A stretch of 64,000 bases of DNA, from the IMG/VR virus record IMGVR_UViG_3300032046_000010, positions 1-64,000 of that record; one strand, 5' to 3'. Origin of the DNA: a virus. How positions within the stretch are numbered: position 1 is the first letter of the stretch; every line of letters starts with the position of its first letter. The translations under genes were made by a program, and so were the position numbers. This document shows, one piece after another, positions 63,742 through 64,000 of this stretch. The notes below the pieces were generated by a model. That model saw only the letters and a program-made list of their open reading frames with translations, did no database searches and had not been told where the DNA came from.

Positions 63742-64000
63742 CAGCTCTTCCTCAGTGGAGACTGGGAGGGCATGGAGAAAAAACCCTCACTGGCCCACTC
63801 CAGCAAGCCGAACATCTCGCTGGAGCACCGCTCGCAGCGCGACTCGATGAGCATCCGGGGTCCGGGGCTGTTGTCCTCGATGGACTTGGAGATCAGCTCC
63901 ACGTCCCACTTGGACATCTCGTCCACATCCGCATCGAACAGTACCGGAGGCCCGTCCAGTCCCTCCGCCGTGACCAGAGCCGCCTTCAGCATCATGATCT
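63741..64000 (-). CDS. tail assembly chaperone (gpG-like), 5' truncated by the window edge
   Basis: Upstream of tape measure; ends CERC...EGFF. Confidence 0.75.
   Translation of the reverse strand, partial: IMMLKAALVTAEGLDGPPVLFDADVDEMSKWDVELISKSIEDNSPGPRMLIESRCERCSSEMFGLLEWASEGFFSMPSQSPLRKS
63780..63786 (-). other. programmed -1 frameshift heptamer G-GGT-TTT
   Basis: In-frame X XXY YYZ; the -1 frame reads through into 63556..63741. Confidence 0.8.

Noticed and set aside
50146-64000. Tail cluster as an extracellular contractile injection system or tailocin
   Set aside because: It is contiguous with a full phage replication module and has a long phage-type tape measure
2001-64000. Genome-wide stop-codon reassignment
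   Set aside because: TGA and TAG end conserved genes at expected positions; only one internal TGA was found
1-64000. tRNA, rRNA, integrase or reverse transcriptase (DGR/retron) genes
   Set aside because: No cloverleaf, recombinase or RT motifs were recognised by eye; tRNAscan-SE and Infernal would be needed to confirm

Overview
A GC-rich segment of a large contractile-tailed (myovirus-type) dsDNA phage. Almost all credible genes are on the minus strand and are joined by ATGA/GTGA/TGATG overlaps; the plus-strand ORFs look like shadow frames. In transcription order (right to left): tail assembly chaperones with a -1 frameshift, tape measure, baseplate and beta-helix tail fibre (64-50 kb); a GIY-YIG endonuclease and membrane/lysis-like genes (50-47 kb); SF2 helicase, DnaB-like helicase, primase and an AT-richer repeat region (47-41.3 kb); a CobS/CobT-like AAA+/VWA pair, low-complexity proteins and a sigma factor (41-34 kb); a five-gene nucleotide-chemistry operon (FAD enzyme, dNTPase-HAD fusion, divergent ThyX, class-III aminotransferase, dNMP kinase) just upstream of DnaE, HU, UvsY-like, SSB, a GT-B glycosyltransferase, RecA, a fused SbcD-SbcC, RuvC-like, 5'-3' exonuclease, UDG and MT-A70 (34-13 kb); many small accessory genes (13-2 kb); and 2 kb of non-coding DNA with helically phased repeats. 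The best candidates for new biology are (1) a putative DNA base-hypermodification pathway built around a divergent ThyX, an aminotransferase, a flavoenzyme and a glycosyltransferase, (2) seven near-identical promoters with sigma54 (-24/-12) geometry, (3) a 1.1-kb array phased at about 10.1 bp, and (4) an N-terminal MPTL(D/E)(D/E)xR tag shared by three unrelated proteins. All family calls come from motifs read by eye; no database searches were run.
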